NCBI RefSeq assembly: GCF_006345805.1
Contig: NC_042997.1
Span: 43,710,001 to 43,774,000, forward strand
DNA: 64,000 nucleotides
Direction: 5' to 3'
Source: Octopus sinensis
Taxonomy: Eukaryota
Positions 1-12,271 of the stretch are shown here, in pieces. A program made the translations under genes and the position numbers. Within the stretch, counting starts at the first letter, position 1; every line of letters begins with the position of its first letter. The notes beneath the pieces were generated by a model. The model was given only the letters and a program-made list of their open reading frames with translations. It was not told the origin of the DNA and made no database searches.

Positions 1-40
1 GGGATCGTAAAAGGAGAGAAAGAGGACAAAAAAAAGGGGG

Positions 41-100
41 GTTAGATAGATAGATAGATAGACAGCTAGATAGATAGATAGATAGATAGATAGATTGATT
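41..100 (+). repeat. (GATA)n microsatellite in a purine-rich tract upstream of the gene
   Basis: Direct tandem GATA/GATT repeats; bases 1-500 are strongly GA-biased. Confidence 0.9.
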
Positions 101-727
101 GAGTGACATATTGAAAAGAAGTGAATGAGAAAGTAAGCGAGGAAAAGGGAGAAAGAAAGAGAGAGAGGGTAAGTAAATGTGGAAGAAAGGAATAAAATAA
201 GAGAAAAATTACAAAAAGGAAAAGAGATGTGAGGGGAAAGAGGAAGAGAATTGCTGTTTGACAAGAGGGAGATAAGGAAAAGGTGGAGTGATTGATCGAG
301 GAAAAGGAGGAGGTGAAAAGAAAAAGAAGAAAAACAATAAGGGAGGAGGAAGAGGTATGAGAAAAAGGAGGAGGAGGATGTTGGTGTGATGAAAGAGAAA
401 GAAAGAGGTGGATAGAAAGTAATAATAAAGAGATAGGTAAGCAGATAGGAGGGGGATGAGGAGAGAGAGGTAGAGAGAGAGAGAGAGTGAGTGAGTGAGA
501 GAAACAAGTTGAGTGTCGTTTTGGAATATTAAGCAGAACGGTGCAAGTTTTAAGGAGCCGAGACAGAGGCAGCAGGACGCACCGCTGTCAATAGAGAAAG
601 ACTTTTACTGATAAAAAAAGGGGAAAAAATCTATCTACAGACAGGAAAATACATAAAATTCTATAGAGAATAAACAACATTAACATCGAAGAATTTGCAG
701 GAGAAAAATAGAATAAAATAAAGAATT

Positions 728-961
728 ATGTCTTTTCATTTTAGTCAACGAACATTTTGTAACCACTTGTTGAATAATTTCATCAATAGACGGACGTTTT
801 CTAGTTTCTCGTATGTTATAAAAAATGTTCTAAACAGTCAACATAGATCATGTGTGAATAATCTACTGCGACCAACACGGCAAGTAGTGCAGGTGTCCAC
901 CCGAAGACATATACACTTGCAGAAGATCGGGGTTGTCGGAGTGCCATTAAATAAAGGACAG
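728..961 (+). CDS. arg: Arginase, coding exon 1 (putative mitochondrial presequence plus IGVVGVPLNKGQ)
   Basis: ATG at 728; 78 codons ending IGVVGVPLNKGQ, matching the arginase N-terminal strand (human ARG2 VAVIGAPFSQGQ); strong donor CAG|GTAAGT at 961/962, phase 0 at the same position as vertebrate intron 1. Confidence 0.9.
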
Positions 962-3900
962 GTAAGTTAGTATTTTTTTGCTTACCTTGTCTTTCAACCA
1001 GAGGAGAGCCAGTTTATGCATCGGAACGGTCAGGTGTGATAATTCTTGATCTCAGATACACATACACACGCACACACACACATTTCACTAATTACCAAAA
1101 AAATATTGTCAGATAAATTGTTTTATTTATGTACATTCGTTTGCTGAAGCAGTTTACCTATTTCTTCATTTCTAATTACAAAATCGACCGGTTATTATTA
1201 TTTTGTTTTGATAGTAACACCAAAAGCTTGAAAATGACTTAGCAAATTTACCCATACCGAGTTAACGAACCACACCAATTAGGCGAATGCACCAAAAGCT
1301 TTACAAATCTTTGGTATTATTGATAAAAGCATTATACATATATATGTATATATATATATGTATATATATATATATGTATGTATGTCACATTTAAACTGTA
1401 TTATAAAATCTCTTACACAGCATAAAATGAGTAAAGCGACTACATAATCTATAGATAAAATATCTCATCCAACTTTCAAAGGTTCCCTACATAGTTCCCA
1501 CCACACTGTAAAAGTTTGTTAGTATTTTAAATAAGTTGCATCTTCAGTGTTCCCTTCAGCAATACAATTCATTTTAGTGGTGGATCTGCGACATGAAGAT
1601 CTCTATGCTTCTTTTTCCATTTATTTTGTTCGTTTTCCTACTCATATCCTGGTGATGACAAATTTCTTTTCATCAACCACCAACACGTGGTTCCTTACAA
1701 CTCACCCAAGTCCGCTTCATTTAATATTATCACGTTTTAAAAAATCACTTTTTATAATTAAAATCGGTGGTATTAATAATCAATTTTAACCCTTAAGGCA
1801 ATCCTTTCGCTTAAATAGAGCAAGAATTTATGAGTTTCTACTATTTTCATTTACCGGATCCGATTCTATTTTAACTCGGCGAGCTACATAACTCTACTTG
1901 CACTCAACACACAAGAAGCATTCGAATTTAACAGCTGCTGTCGCTATTTTATGTATATGTACATACGTATGTACATATATAATTTATATTCTATTTCTTG
2001 AAATTAAGGCTGTGCAGACGACGGAACGAGAGACCATCAAACCAGATGCCCTGTCCATCTTCCTTCGTGGTTCTTAATACAGATCACATTAGTCATCTGT
2101 CGACTTCGTAATTCAATTTTTCCCTCTGGAGAGTTGTTGAATTAAATGCCGGAGTGAAGTGAATCGCTTAGGTGGCCTCGTGAGGCGGATCGAGTCGGCC
2201 CTGATCGATGAGAGTTTTATATCATCAGAGACGTTCCAGCTGTGACCATATCGCATGCTTAGATATCAAGGAATGCATAATCCAATATATCAATCCATTT
2301 ATGACTGTAAGATTTGATGTAATGGAGATCTGGTTGCTGTTTTGGAGCTCGTCGAGCGAATTGTCTCGTCTCCTGTCTTGTCGTTTAGTCCTAGGTCAAC
2401 ATAAATCAAGCAGACTAGTGATCACAGCCATTCCATCTGTGATCATCCTGTCGAAAAAAGTAGAGAACCGCAGCACAATTTCTCGTCATAATACAAGTGT
2501 TTTAAAAATGAAAGTAAAATTAACAAAAACAAATATTAAACAATCTATTTTTGTTTCTGATGTTTTTATACATTCTTCATCTCTTTCTTTTATTTAAATT
2601 ACGCCGCTATTCTCTTAATTAAATAACATGTATCTTTCCTTATATGCAGGGACCTAAACTATATTATCGTTGTTCAAAACTGTAGGGTGTGAGTTGAGGG
2701 AGATTTAGCTGTTATTTTTAGCAAAATGAACTTCCTCGTAAAGGGCCCCTTCGCTGGTTCTGGCCTTGAGCGATACCTGTATGGAGTATAAGTAGAAATA
2801 GCATCAAGGTTGTAAATGTATCGGAATGATTAACGTGTCGAATAGGAAACCTCCACGAAATAGCAGCCAGCTTCTGAAAGCAACGGATATATGGCATAAA
2901 AGTAGTTTTAAATTTGGTCTCAAAAGAGAGAGGGACAACACTCAAGATCCACCAATACCTATATAAGTTAATACAGCATCGAACACGGTCGGGAGCCTTG
3001 GAATCATATGTTTGTTCGACCGGTTAAATAACAGCAGGTGAAAGGAAACGTTTCTTCTGAAAACGATGAACTTCGTGTAAATGAATGAAAATAAGCACAT
3101 GATTAAAATTGTTATAAATGCGTGCGGAATGAATGGATGCCTTTGTAGTCTCTAAGAATCGCCAGTTTTGTCGTTTGATTACAAATAAGAATATTATTCT
3201 CTCCAAATGTTTCAGAATTCCAGGGAGATGAAAAATAGTTGCAGGAAGATTATTTATATTCATTTCATTACAAGTCATTAGATCTGAATATAAGAAATAC
3301 GTGTAGACAATATTTTTTCTTCTGACTGTAGAGTAAGGTAAACTCCGTGAGGTAAATTGAATTCTTCGGTCGAAGCTCTCATCAAGCATTTCTGTGTCTC
3401 TCTATTTATTATCCACCCATTCAATCACCCATTTAGCAGTCAGCTGATAAACAAAAGTAGTGCCTCTACTCGTGCAGACATAATACAGAAATTGCTCAGC
3501 CTGCCATCATATTGCACCGAAAAGTATTCAGTTAAATGGTGTTTCCGAACCTATATTGCGAAATTGTCAAAACATGGGGATATTTTAATTGTGCTTTTCA
3601 TAATTGCAGATCAAAATTAAACCTAACCAGCTTGACCGCGCATGCCCGAATAAATTGCATTTAATGGCAATGTTTAATCAAATAAAGAAGAGGTGGTGGG
3701 AAGCATATTTATAGTGAATCGTGCTATTTTTAGTGAATCAGAAACGGGTCACCATCCTTAAATGGTTGGAAATATCCTGAACTAGGCAGATAAAGAAAAG
3801 TATATCCAGAAAAATGAAGTTATAGATCGCGCTAAGCCATTTGACATCCTACGTGTGTGAACAGAGAGGCAGCTAGACAATAAACAACATACGCATTATG

Positions 3901-4484
3901 GATTGCATAATATATTTTTAAACTAAAATATCCTATATTCTTTGTTCCTATCGCTGATTGTGGCTCAGCGACCGCAGTATTTATTTTATTGAAATTCTAC
4001 GTTGCCGTTTGTGATAAAGAGGGGGCGAGGAACACCGGCAAACTCCCCCTCGCACATATATATACATGCAATTGTTTCACATAAGTTTTTTAGAACAATA
4101 ATTAAACATTTAAATAAACAATATAAAAATTAAAAAATAAATTGAATTGGCGGGAAAGAAGTGAGAGGATGGCTGGAATGTGTGAATCGGTGTCACCCAG
4201 TGCAGTAACTCATCTTAGCACAGACCTCCTCCTCCAATACCAGGCTATGCAGAATTCCTAACTAGTGTCTTTTGGACTGATTCCGGTAAACCATAATACC
4301 CGTATATCACCAGGATGTAAATGTCATAAACCACGCGAAAATTTTGAATTACACCCTTTAAATTACAATATCATGTGCGCAGCTTAAATGTCTTTTAAAT
4401 ACCTTGGAGTGTAACGTCTAAAAAACAATTCAGAATTAAAAAAAGCACGTTTGATTCATTTACGTTTGGATATTTTTGGGAGAC

Positions 4485-4718
4485 TCTCTTTTACTCTTTT
4501 ACTTGTTTCAGGCTTTTTACTGTGGCCATGCTGGAGCACCGCCTTTAGTCGAGCAAATCGACCCCAGGACTTATTCTTTGTCAGCCTAGTACTTATTCTA
4601 TCGGTCTCTTTCGCCGAACCGCTAAGTTATGGGGACGTAAACACACCAGCATCGGTTGTTAAGCGATGTTTGGGGGGGGGGTCAGACACAAGATACACAC
4701 AAACACATATATGTCGGA

Positions 4719-4756
<38 letters not shown>

Positions 4757-4917
4757 CGACAGGCTTCTTTCAGTTTCCGTCTACCAAATCCACTCACAAG
4801 GCTTTGGTCGGCCCGAGGCTATTGTAGAAGACACTTGCCCAAGGTGCCACGCAGTGGGACTGAACCCGGAACCATGTGGTTGGTAAGCAAGCTACTTACC
4901 ACACAACTACTACGCCT
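4485..4917 (-). mobile_element. tRNA-derived SINE family A
   Basis: Reverse complement of the ggcgcaggagtggctgtgtggtaag...gggttcagtccc head (A/B boxes), central (TA)/(TG) tract and (taaaagag)n tail; more than 12 copies in the window. Confidence 0.9.
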
Positions 4918-5322
4918 ATGTTTTTTTTCTTCTTTTCTTTTTTATGGGAACCCACTATATCGAGTGCGGAGATTCCGAATCTGCAAAAAGAACCTGCATT
5001 TCAAAATTTAAATACCTCCTCCCCACTTTTGGTAATTCGTATTTAGAAAGTTGATCCTCCGTTTGGCTGTTGTTTCTAGCTTGTCAGATTTCCGGTTGGG
5101 GCGGGTTTCAGTTTTGAAATTTTTTCTTCTTTGGTAACTCGTATTAAAATTTTGAAAACGTGTTCCTAGCATATCGGGTTTTTCTGTTTAGATACTTTTT
5201 GCGTCTGCTATTCTATGCATGCGTGAAACATTAATAGAGAAACCACTTTAATTTCACTTCTTGTCATAGGGCGGATGGGGGAGGAGTGTTTACTTAGTTA
5301 TTAAGATTTTTTTTCTAAAAGA

Positions 5323-5495
5323 TAGGCGCAGGAGTGGCTGTGTGGTAAGTAGCTTGCTAACCAACCACATGGTTCCGGGTTCAATCCCACTGCGTGGCAT
5401 CTTGGGCAAGTGTCTTCTGCTATAGCCCCGGGCCAACCAATGCCTTGTGAGTGGATTTGGTAGACGGAAACTAAAAGAAGCCTGTCGTATATATG

Positions 5496-5526
<31 letters not shown>

Positions 5527-5744
5527 GTGTGTTTGTGTGTCTGTGTTTGTCCCCCTAGTATTGCTTGACAACTGATGCTGGTGTGTTTACGTCCCCATCA
5601 CCTAGCAGTTCGGCATAAGAAACCGATAGAATAAGTACTTGGCTTACAAAGAATAAGTCCCGGGGTCGATTTGCTCGACTAAAGGCGGTGCTCCAGCATG
5701 GCCGCAGTCAAATGACTGAAACAAGTAAAAGAGTAAAGAGTAAA
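5323..5744 (+). mobile_element. SINE family A
   Basis: Full head to tail copy ending gaaacaagtaaaagagtaaagag. Confidence 0.9.
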
Positions 5745-6350
5745 TCCATCCGTAAATGAACCAGACATGCTATTTTAATATGCCTCAGCAGTTGATAATC
5801 CTCTTTAATATACCAAATGAAATATTATTATTAGCAGTCTTCAGCTGTATATTTTCAATATTTATAACATTAGTTTAAGGCAGCAAGCTGGCAGAATTGT
5901 TACCATGCCAGGCAAGATGCTTGGCAGCATTTCGTCCGTCTTTATGTTTTAAGTGCAAATTCTGTCAAGATTGGCTTTATCTTTCATCTTTTCAGCTTTC
6001 TGGTTTCTGTCAAACCATCCAAACTATCCAAGCATGGAAAATGAACGGCAAATCTTTAAAATGATTTGCTTTCCTCACTGCTCAAACTTAATCCACCGAT
6101 GGTTCTTACTTATATCGATAAAAGTTGATATTTTATGTTAACTAAAGAGAATGAAGGAAGTTGAATGTCTTTTGTAGACTTACATTCTATCTTTAGCTTT
6201 TAAACTGACCACATTCAGTCTGAATATTCCACTTGTTTTATGTTCAAACTGACCAGATCTGGCCTCTCACACCTACTCTGCAATGTCATTCTAAAAATAA
6301 ATGATCACATCATTGAAATCTCAAAGCTGTGAGATAATGCATGGTTCATA

Positions 6351-6955
6351 CAGTTCTGCATTTGAGAGATGAGGAATTAAGTACATTATTTACATTTGAT
6401 GGATATTTGTTCTCATCTTGTTTCTTGTTAACACAAAGTTTCAGCTGATATATATGGAAGCACTCCGTCGGTTACGATGACGAGGGTTCCGGTTGATCCG
6501 AATCAACGGAACAGCCTGCTCGTGAAATTAACGTGTAAGTGGCTGAGCACTCCACAGACACGTGTACCCTTAACGTAGTTCTCGGGGATATTCAGCGTGA
6601 CACAGAGAGTGACAAGGCCGGCCCTTTGAAATACAGGTACAACAGAAACAGGAAGAAAGAGTGAGAGAAAGTTGTGGTGAAAGAGTACAGCAGGGATCAC
6701 CACCACCCCCTGCCGGAGCCTCGTGGAGCTTTTAGGTGTTTTCGCTCAATAAACGCTCACAACGCCCGGTGTGGGAATCGAAACCGCGATCCTATGACCG
6801 CGAGTCCGCTGCCCTAACCACTGGGCCATTGCGCCTCCACGCTGATATACTGATATACACTCCTGGCTGGAGAGTATATCAGCTGAAATGTTGTGTTAAC
6901 AAGAAACAAGGTGAGGACAAATATTCATCAAATGTAAATAAATGCTTGATTTATT
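6351..6955. mobile_element. Inverted dimer of the hammerhead-bearing family D, interrupted by a family B SINE
   Basis: 6351-6452 is the reverse complement of the family D tail; 6864-6955 is the forward tail; compare 45849-46225 and 58243-58545. Confidence 0.7.
6455..6840 (-). mobile_element. tRNA-derived SINE family B
   Basis: Reverse complement of gtggaggcgcaatggcccagtggttagggcagcggactcgcgg...gacggagtgcttcca; flanking duplication gctgatata. Confidence 0.92.
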
Positions 6956-6959
6956 CAAA

Positions 6960-7401
6960 ACAATGAAAATCAAATCAAATCAAAATCGATGAACATCAAT
7001 GGACTTTGTATTTTTGCGGTACCAGTGCCGGTGACACATAAGAAAACCATCCGAACGTGGCCGTAGCCAGTACCGCATCAACTGGCCTCCATGCTGTTGG
7101 CACGTAACAAACACCATCTGATTGTTGCCGTGCCAGCCTCACCTGGCCTCCGTGCCGGTGGCACGTAAAAAGCACCATCCGAGCATGGCCGTTTGCCAGC
7201 CTCATCTGGCACCTGTGTCCGTGGCACATAAAAAGCACCTACTACACTCTTGGAGTGGTTGGCATTAGGAAGGGCATCCAGCTGTAGAAACACTGCCAGA
7301 TCTGACTGGCCTGGTGCAGCCTTCAGGCTTCCCAGACCCCAGTTGAACCGTCCAACCCATGCTAGCATGGAAAGCGGACGTTAAACGATGATGATGATGA
7401 A
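6960..7401 (+). mobile_element. RTE-tail-type retroelement family C with internal ~60-nt tandem repeats and (GAT)n tail
   Basis: Repeated gtgccggtggcacgtaaaaagcacc units, then ...catgctagcatggaaagcggacgttaaacgatgatgatg. Confidence 0.85.
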
Positions 7402-7529
7402 TGTAAATAAACAAGCTGTACATTTGCCAGTGTTGCACAGCTGGCACATAAAAAGCTCTCCTTCGAATGTTGAACAATATGCTGGGTTTGAGAAGACCCA
7501 TCAAGCCAAGCGAAATGATTGTCGAGGCC

Positions 7530-7915
7530 GACGCCAGTGTCGCGTAACTGGCACCTATGCTGGTGGCACATAAAAAGCACGGTTCAAATGTTGGGCCTCC
7601 CGGAGCCAGTGACAAGTGACTGAGACCTTAGGCAATATACCATGATTGGGAAGACCTGTCAAGCCAAGTGAGATTGTAGTTGTGTTATGTAACTGGCACC
7701 TGTGCCAGTGGCACATAAAATGCACCCACTACACTTCTTGGAGTAGTTAGTATTAAGAAGGGCATCCAGCTGTAGAAACCATGCCAAATCAGAGTGGAAC
7801 CTGTTAGAGCTCCCCAGCTTACCAGTTTTCAGTCAAAGCATCCAAACTATCCAAGCATGGAAAATGGACATTAAATGATGATTATGATGATGATCATACA
7901 TTTAACAATAATCTG
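7530..7915 (+). mobile_element. Family C variant copy
   Basis: Same cactacact...aggaagggcatccagctgtagaaac core and gatgat tail, more diverged. Confidence 0.7.
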
Positions 7916-8469
7916 AATACTTAAGGGTTGAATCATTTGTTTTCCTACACTTAAAGCAAGTTTTAATAAACGCAGAGTATTTTGATGTTTTCATGTCCAC
8001 ACAAGTGACATTTATAATCAAGTTTCGTACTTGTGACAGTGATGTAATCAACATCATTCTCATTTCTTTTTTTCTTTTTCTGTTTCAACTATCTGAAATT
8101 TAGAAATTACTTCAAGCTGTTGAATGAATTCAATGCGTGTATTAAGTTTCAGATCATCTGATGGAAGGATTTTTTTTATGCTTTCACACAGTAATACCCA
8201 GATGATTGCATGGTGTCTGTGAATCTCATTTAAAACATATTATCTGAATTCGGTCATTTTGTTCCAATTTTATCAAAATTGCAGAAAATTAGCTATTTCA
8301 CGTGATCTTTGTGAATAACCTTGAATAAATTCAGTCAAATTTGGATTTTGTAACAAGAATCTGAACTTTTCTGCAATTATAATGCCATCACAGATTCCTA
8401 TTACTTCAAATTCTTGTGATTTACTTTTACCAAACCTTTTTTTGTGTGGCCATTATATCTCCCTTACAT

Positions 8470-8887
8470 ACTCTTTTACTTGTTTCAGTCATTTGACTGT
8501 GGCCATGCTGGAGCACCGCCTTTAGTTGAGCAAATCAACCCCAGGACTTATTCTCTGGAAGCCTAGTACTTATTCTATCGGTCTCTTTTGCCGAACCGCT
8601 AAGTTATGGGGACGTAAACACACCAGCATTAGTTGTCAAGCGATGTTCGGGGGACAAACACAGACACACAACCATATACACACACACATACACACACACA
8701 TATATATATATATATACATATATACAACAGGCTTCTTTTAGTTTCCGTCTACCAAATCCACTCACAAGGCTTTGGTCGGCCCGAGGCTATAGTAGAAGAC
8801 ACTTGCCGAAGGTGCCACGCAGTGGGACTGAACCCGGAACCATGTGGCTGGTAAGCAAGCTACTTACCACACAACCACTCCTACACC
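8470..8887 (-). mobile_element. SINE family A
   Basis: Full reverse-complement copy. Confidence 0.9.
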
Positions 8888-9039
8888 TATGAAAAGAAAT
8901 ATTTTAAAGTATGCCGGGCCACTTGGATTTAATTTTTAAATTTAAAACTTTAAAATCAAATAAAATGTGATAAAGTTTTATTAAGAGAAGAGTGATATGT
9001 TTATGTATCAAATATATAAATATAATCATTATATGACTA

Positions 9040-9688
9040 GAGACCGAGACCTATGGATGTATGCTGTGCGTGAGAAGACCCGGCAAGACTAGTGAGACCA
9101 TAACCCGTGGCCTCTACCTGGTATGTAGCCAGTCGACTTATACATCCCTTTCCTTCTTGGGATACAAAACTCCACTTGTGAAGACCCGTTGAGGTAAGTG
9201 AAAATCAAAATCAAAATCAAAACAAAACAAATCAAATCAGATATCAGAAAGCAGAACCAAAATCGAAGCCGATCAACATCAATAGAAATTGCAGCTGTGA
9301 TACCAGTGCCAGTGACAAGTAAGCGAACCATCCGATCATGGCCGTTGCCAGCGCCGCCCTGACTGGCCTCCGTGCCGGTGGCACGTAAAAAGCACCATCT
9401 GTTCGTGGCCGTTGCCAGCCTCGCCTGGCCCCCGTGCCGGTGGCACGTAGCACCATCCGTTCGTGGCCGTTTGCCAGCCCTGTCTGGCACTTGTACGGGT
9501 GGCACGTAAAAAGCACCCACTACACTCACGGAATGGTTGGCGTTAGGAAGGGCATCCAGCCGTAGAAACACTGCCAGATCAGACTGGGCCTAATGCAGCC
9601 TTCTGGCTTCACAGATCCCAGTTGAACCGTCCAACCCATGCTAGCATGGAAAGCGGACGCTAAATGATGATGATGATGATGATGATTA
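9040..9688 (+). mobile_element. Family C, long copy with extra 5' segment
   Basis: Four ~60-nt internal repeats at about 9305-9510, (aaaatc)n spacer, (GAT)n tail. Confidence 0.85.
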
Positions 9689-10130
9689 TAATTGTTTTTA
9701 CATCCACTTTTTCATGCTATCATGGGTTAGGTAAGACTTCTATGGTTAGATGCCCCAACTGCATCAAGTCTTGCTGTGGATACCCAATCTGAGGAAATGG
9801 TTAAAAATGCTAAAACTGACAGAGGCCAATCTTCCTTATTCTGGTTGTGAAGCGACAAACATAGTTTAAACCCATTGTGTACATTTCACAGTGAGGCTAA
9901 GAATGTGTTTATGAAAAAAAACCCAACTAATTAACCTTACATCTCTCTCTTTCTCTCTCTCTGATGCTGTGTGGTTAAGAAGTTTTCTTCCCAACCACAG
10001 GGTTTTGGGTTCAGTCCCACTGCATGGCACCTTGAGCAAGTGTCTTCAACTATAACCCCAAACTGACCAGAGCCTTGTCACTGAATTTGATAGATGGAAA
10101 CTGAAAGAAATGTGTGTGTGTGTATGTGTA

Positions 10131-11207
10131 TTTGATCATCCCATAAATAATGCATTTTTTTCAATTGCATGAACTGAAAGTTGGAGGGGGGGGGGCATCA
10201 GCTTGCTTTAAAAGCAGGTAGTAATTTTACCTTGTAACTTATTCTTAGTGCAAGTTTTGAAAAGTGCAGTTTGATTTTAATAGTTATTTTTTCAAAGCTA
10301 TAATGGAAGTGACAAAGGAACATATTCAGCATATTTTGCTGCAAAACCTGGTGGAACTAAAACCCATCATAATTGTTGAAGAATTAGCAGATGAGCTTGG
10401 ATTTGCTCATTCAACCATTCATTGACACCTGTGTGCCATTGAAAAAGTCAACAAATTGGATCAATGGGTTCCTTACAAACTTTCCGAGTCTAAGCACATG
10501 CAGAGAGTGAATGTATGCTCTTCTGTGCTGCCATGTCTTACGAATGAACCTTTTTTTGGACCAAACAGTGACTGGTGACGAGAAATAGGCCCTCTATAAA
10601 ATGTCAAGCACCAGAGACAGTGGGTAGGGAAAGGAGAAACACTGGCACCCCAGGCTAAAGAAGGTCTTCACTCACATACAGTGTTGTTATCTGTTTGGTG
10701 GGATATGAAAGGTTTAGCCCACTTTGATCTTTTAAACCCAAACCAAATGATAACAAAGGAGATCTACTGTGAGCAGCTTGAGTGGCTTAAGTCAGCGCTA
10801 GAAGAAAAACGACCATCTTTGGTTTCAAGACGAAAGGTGTTCTTCCATCAGGATAATGCTTGGCCACATACAATGAGGATGACATTCCAAAACGCTGGAG
10901 CAGTTTGAAAAGGAAAAGATTCCCCATCCACCATATTCACTGGGCATTGCCCCATCAGATTATCATTTATTCCGCAGTCTTCAAAATCATTTGAACAGAA
11001 AAAATATGAATTCTGTAGACGAAATCAGTACTGGATGAGTATTTTTCATCACAGACAAGTGAAGTTTGGAAGAAGGAGCTTGCAAGTCTACCAGATAGAT
11101 AGAAGAACATTGTAGAAAATGAAGGAGAGTATATTTTAGATTTAAAAAGAATTTTGTTTATCTTAATTTTGAAAAATAAAAGAAGTATTATTTCTGGGAT
11201 GATCCAA
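10131..11207 (+). mobile_element. Degenerate mariner (Tc1/mariner DD34D) transposon, internally deleted
   Basis: Motifs WVPYKL, TGDEK, LLSVWWDMKG, FHQDNAWPH, HPPYS..IAPSDYHLF with stops and frameshifts; ~23-bp TIRs (tttgatcatcccataaataatgc vs reverse complement ttggatcatcccagaaataatac), TA on both flanks. Confidence 0.9.
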
Positions 11208-11985
11208 TATATATGAATGAATGAATGAATGTGTGCATAAGAGGGTGTGTGTGTGTAGGCTTGTTTCCTTGTTGTGAAATCTCATGATGGTAGGAGATGA
11301 GTCACTGTCATGTCAGTCATTTCCAAAATTCTGCACAAACATGTCCAGCCATAAGGAAACATTACTTTACTTGGAAGCAGGTGATGGTTGGCAACAGGAA
11401 GGGCATCTGGTTGTATAGCAAAGGTGCCTCATTAAACTTTGACCCATGCAAGAATGGTAAAGTGGATGTATAAATCAATAATGATGAATGTGTGTGTGTG
11501 TGTATTTTTCCTTCTATTGTAATCAGCCGTTGCAACTATGACTGCTCATGGCTTTGGCAGAACGACGGGATAAGTTTTCTCCACATTGGATTGTTTTTCA
11601 CTTGAGTTTGCCGTTGATTATGATCAATTCCTTTCCCCTTTACATTGCCTTTTGCTCCATGTTTTTTCCCCTGTTGAATGGAGCTGAAACATGGACAATC
11701 TATAAAACCCAAATAGACAAAATTACATACATATATGATGAGACAGATTATGAATATCGCTCTGTTTGATATACATCTATGTGTGTGTGTGTATGTATGT
11801 GTGTGTGTGTGCGTGCGTGCGTGCGTGTGTGTGTGAAATAATTATTTTTTGGAATGGTGGAACCTGAAGCAAAGCTCCACATAACAGCATGTAAATATTG
11901 AGTGAAAGAATCTTTTGAACAGAAAAAGTCAAAGGCTGTCTGCAGGACTTCAATCCACCTTTAATCTGTGTGTGTGTGTGTGTGT

Positions 11986-12271
11986 ATATCCAAGATTAGG
12001 GAATGGAGTAGAAAAAACCCAGGCTACATATGTTTCATAGATAGCAGAATCTCGGAAGTAGTAATTATCTAAACAAGGGGTAGACTGCAAGCTGCTCTTC
12101 AGGTCAAGGGTACCTTGATTACATAAGCTTCATGTAATCACAGTATCCTTGGCCTGAAGAGTAGCTTATGGTTGATCCCTTGTTTGGATAATAGCTAGTT
12201 CCCAGGTTCCACAAGCTATGAAACATATGTAGCCTGGATTTTATCTACTCTATTCCCTAATTTTTGGATAT
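11986..12271. repeat. ~285-bp foldback palindrome (MITE-like hairpin)
   Basis: Arms pair almost to the centre, e.g. caggctacatatgtttcatag/ctatgaaacatatgtagcctg, aagctgctcttcagg/cctgaagagtagctt, tgattacat/atgtaatca. Confidence 0.85.

Noticed and set aside
4451-5011. The many 60-190 aa ORFs over SINEs and microsatellites, here and throughout
   Set aside because: They recur as near-identical translations of repeat families and low-complexity tracts.
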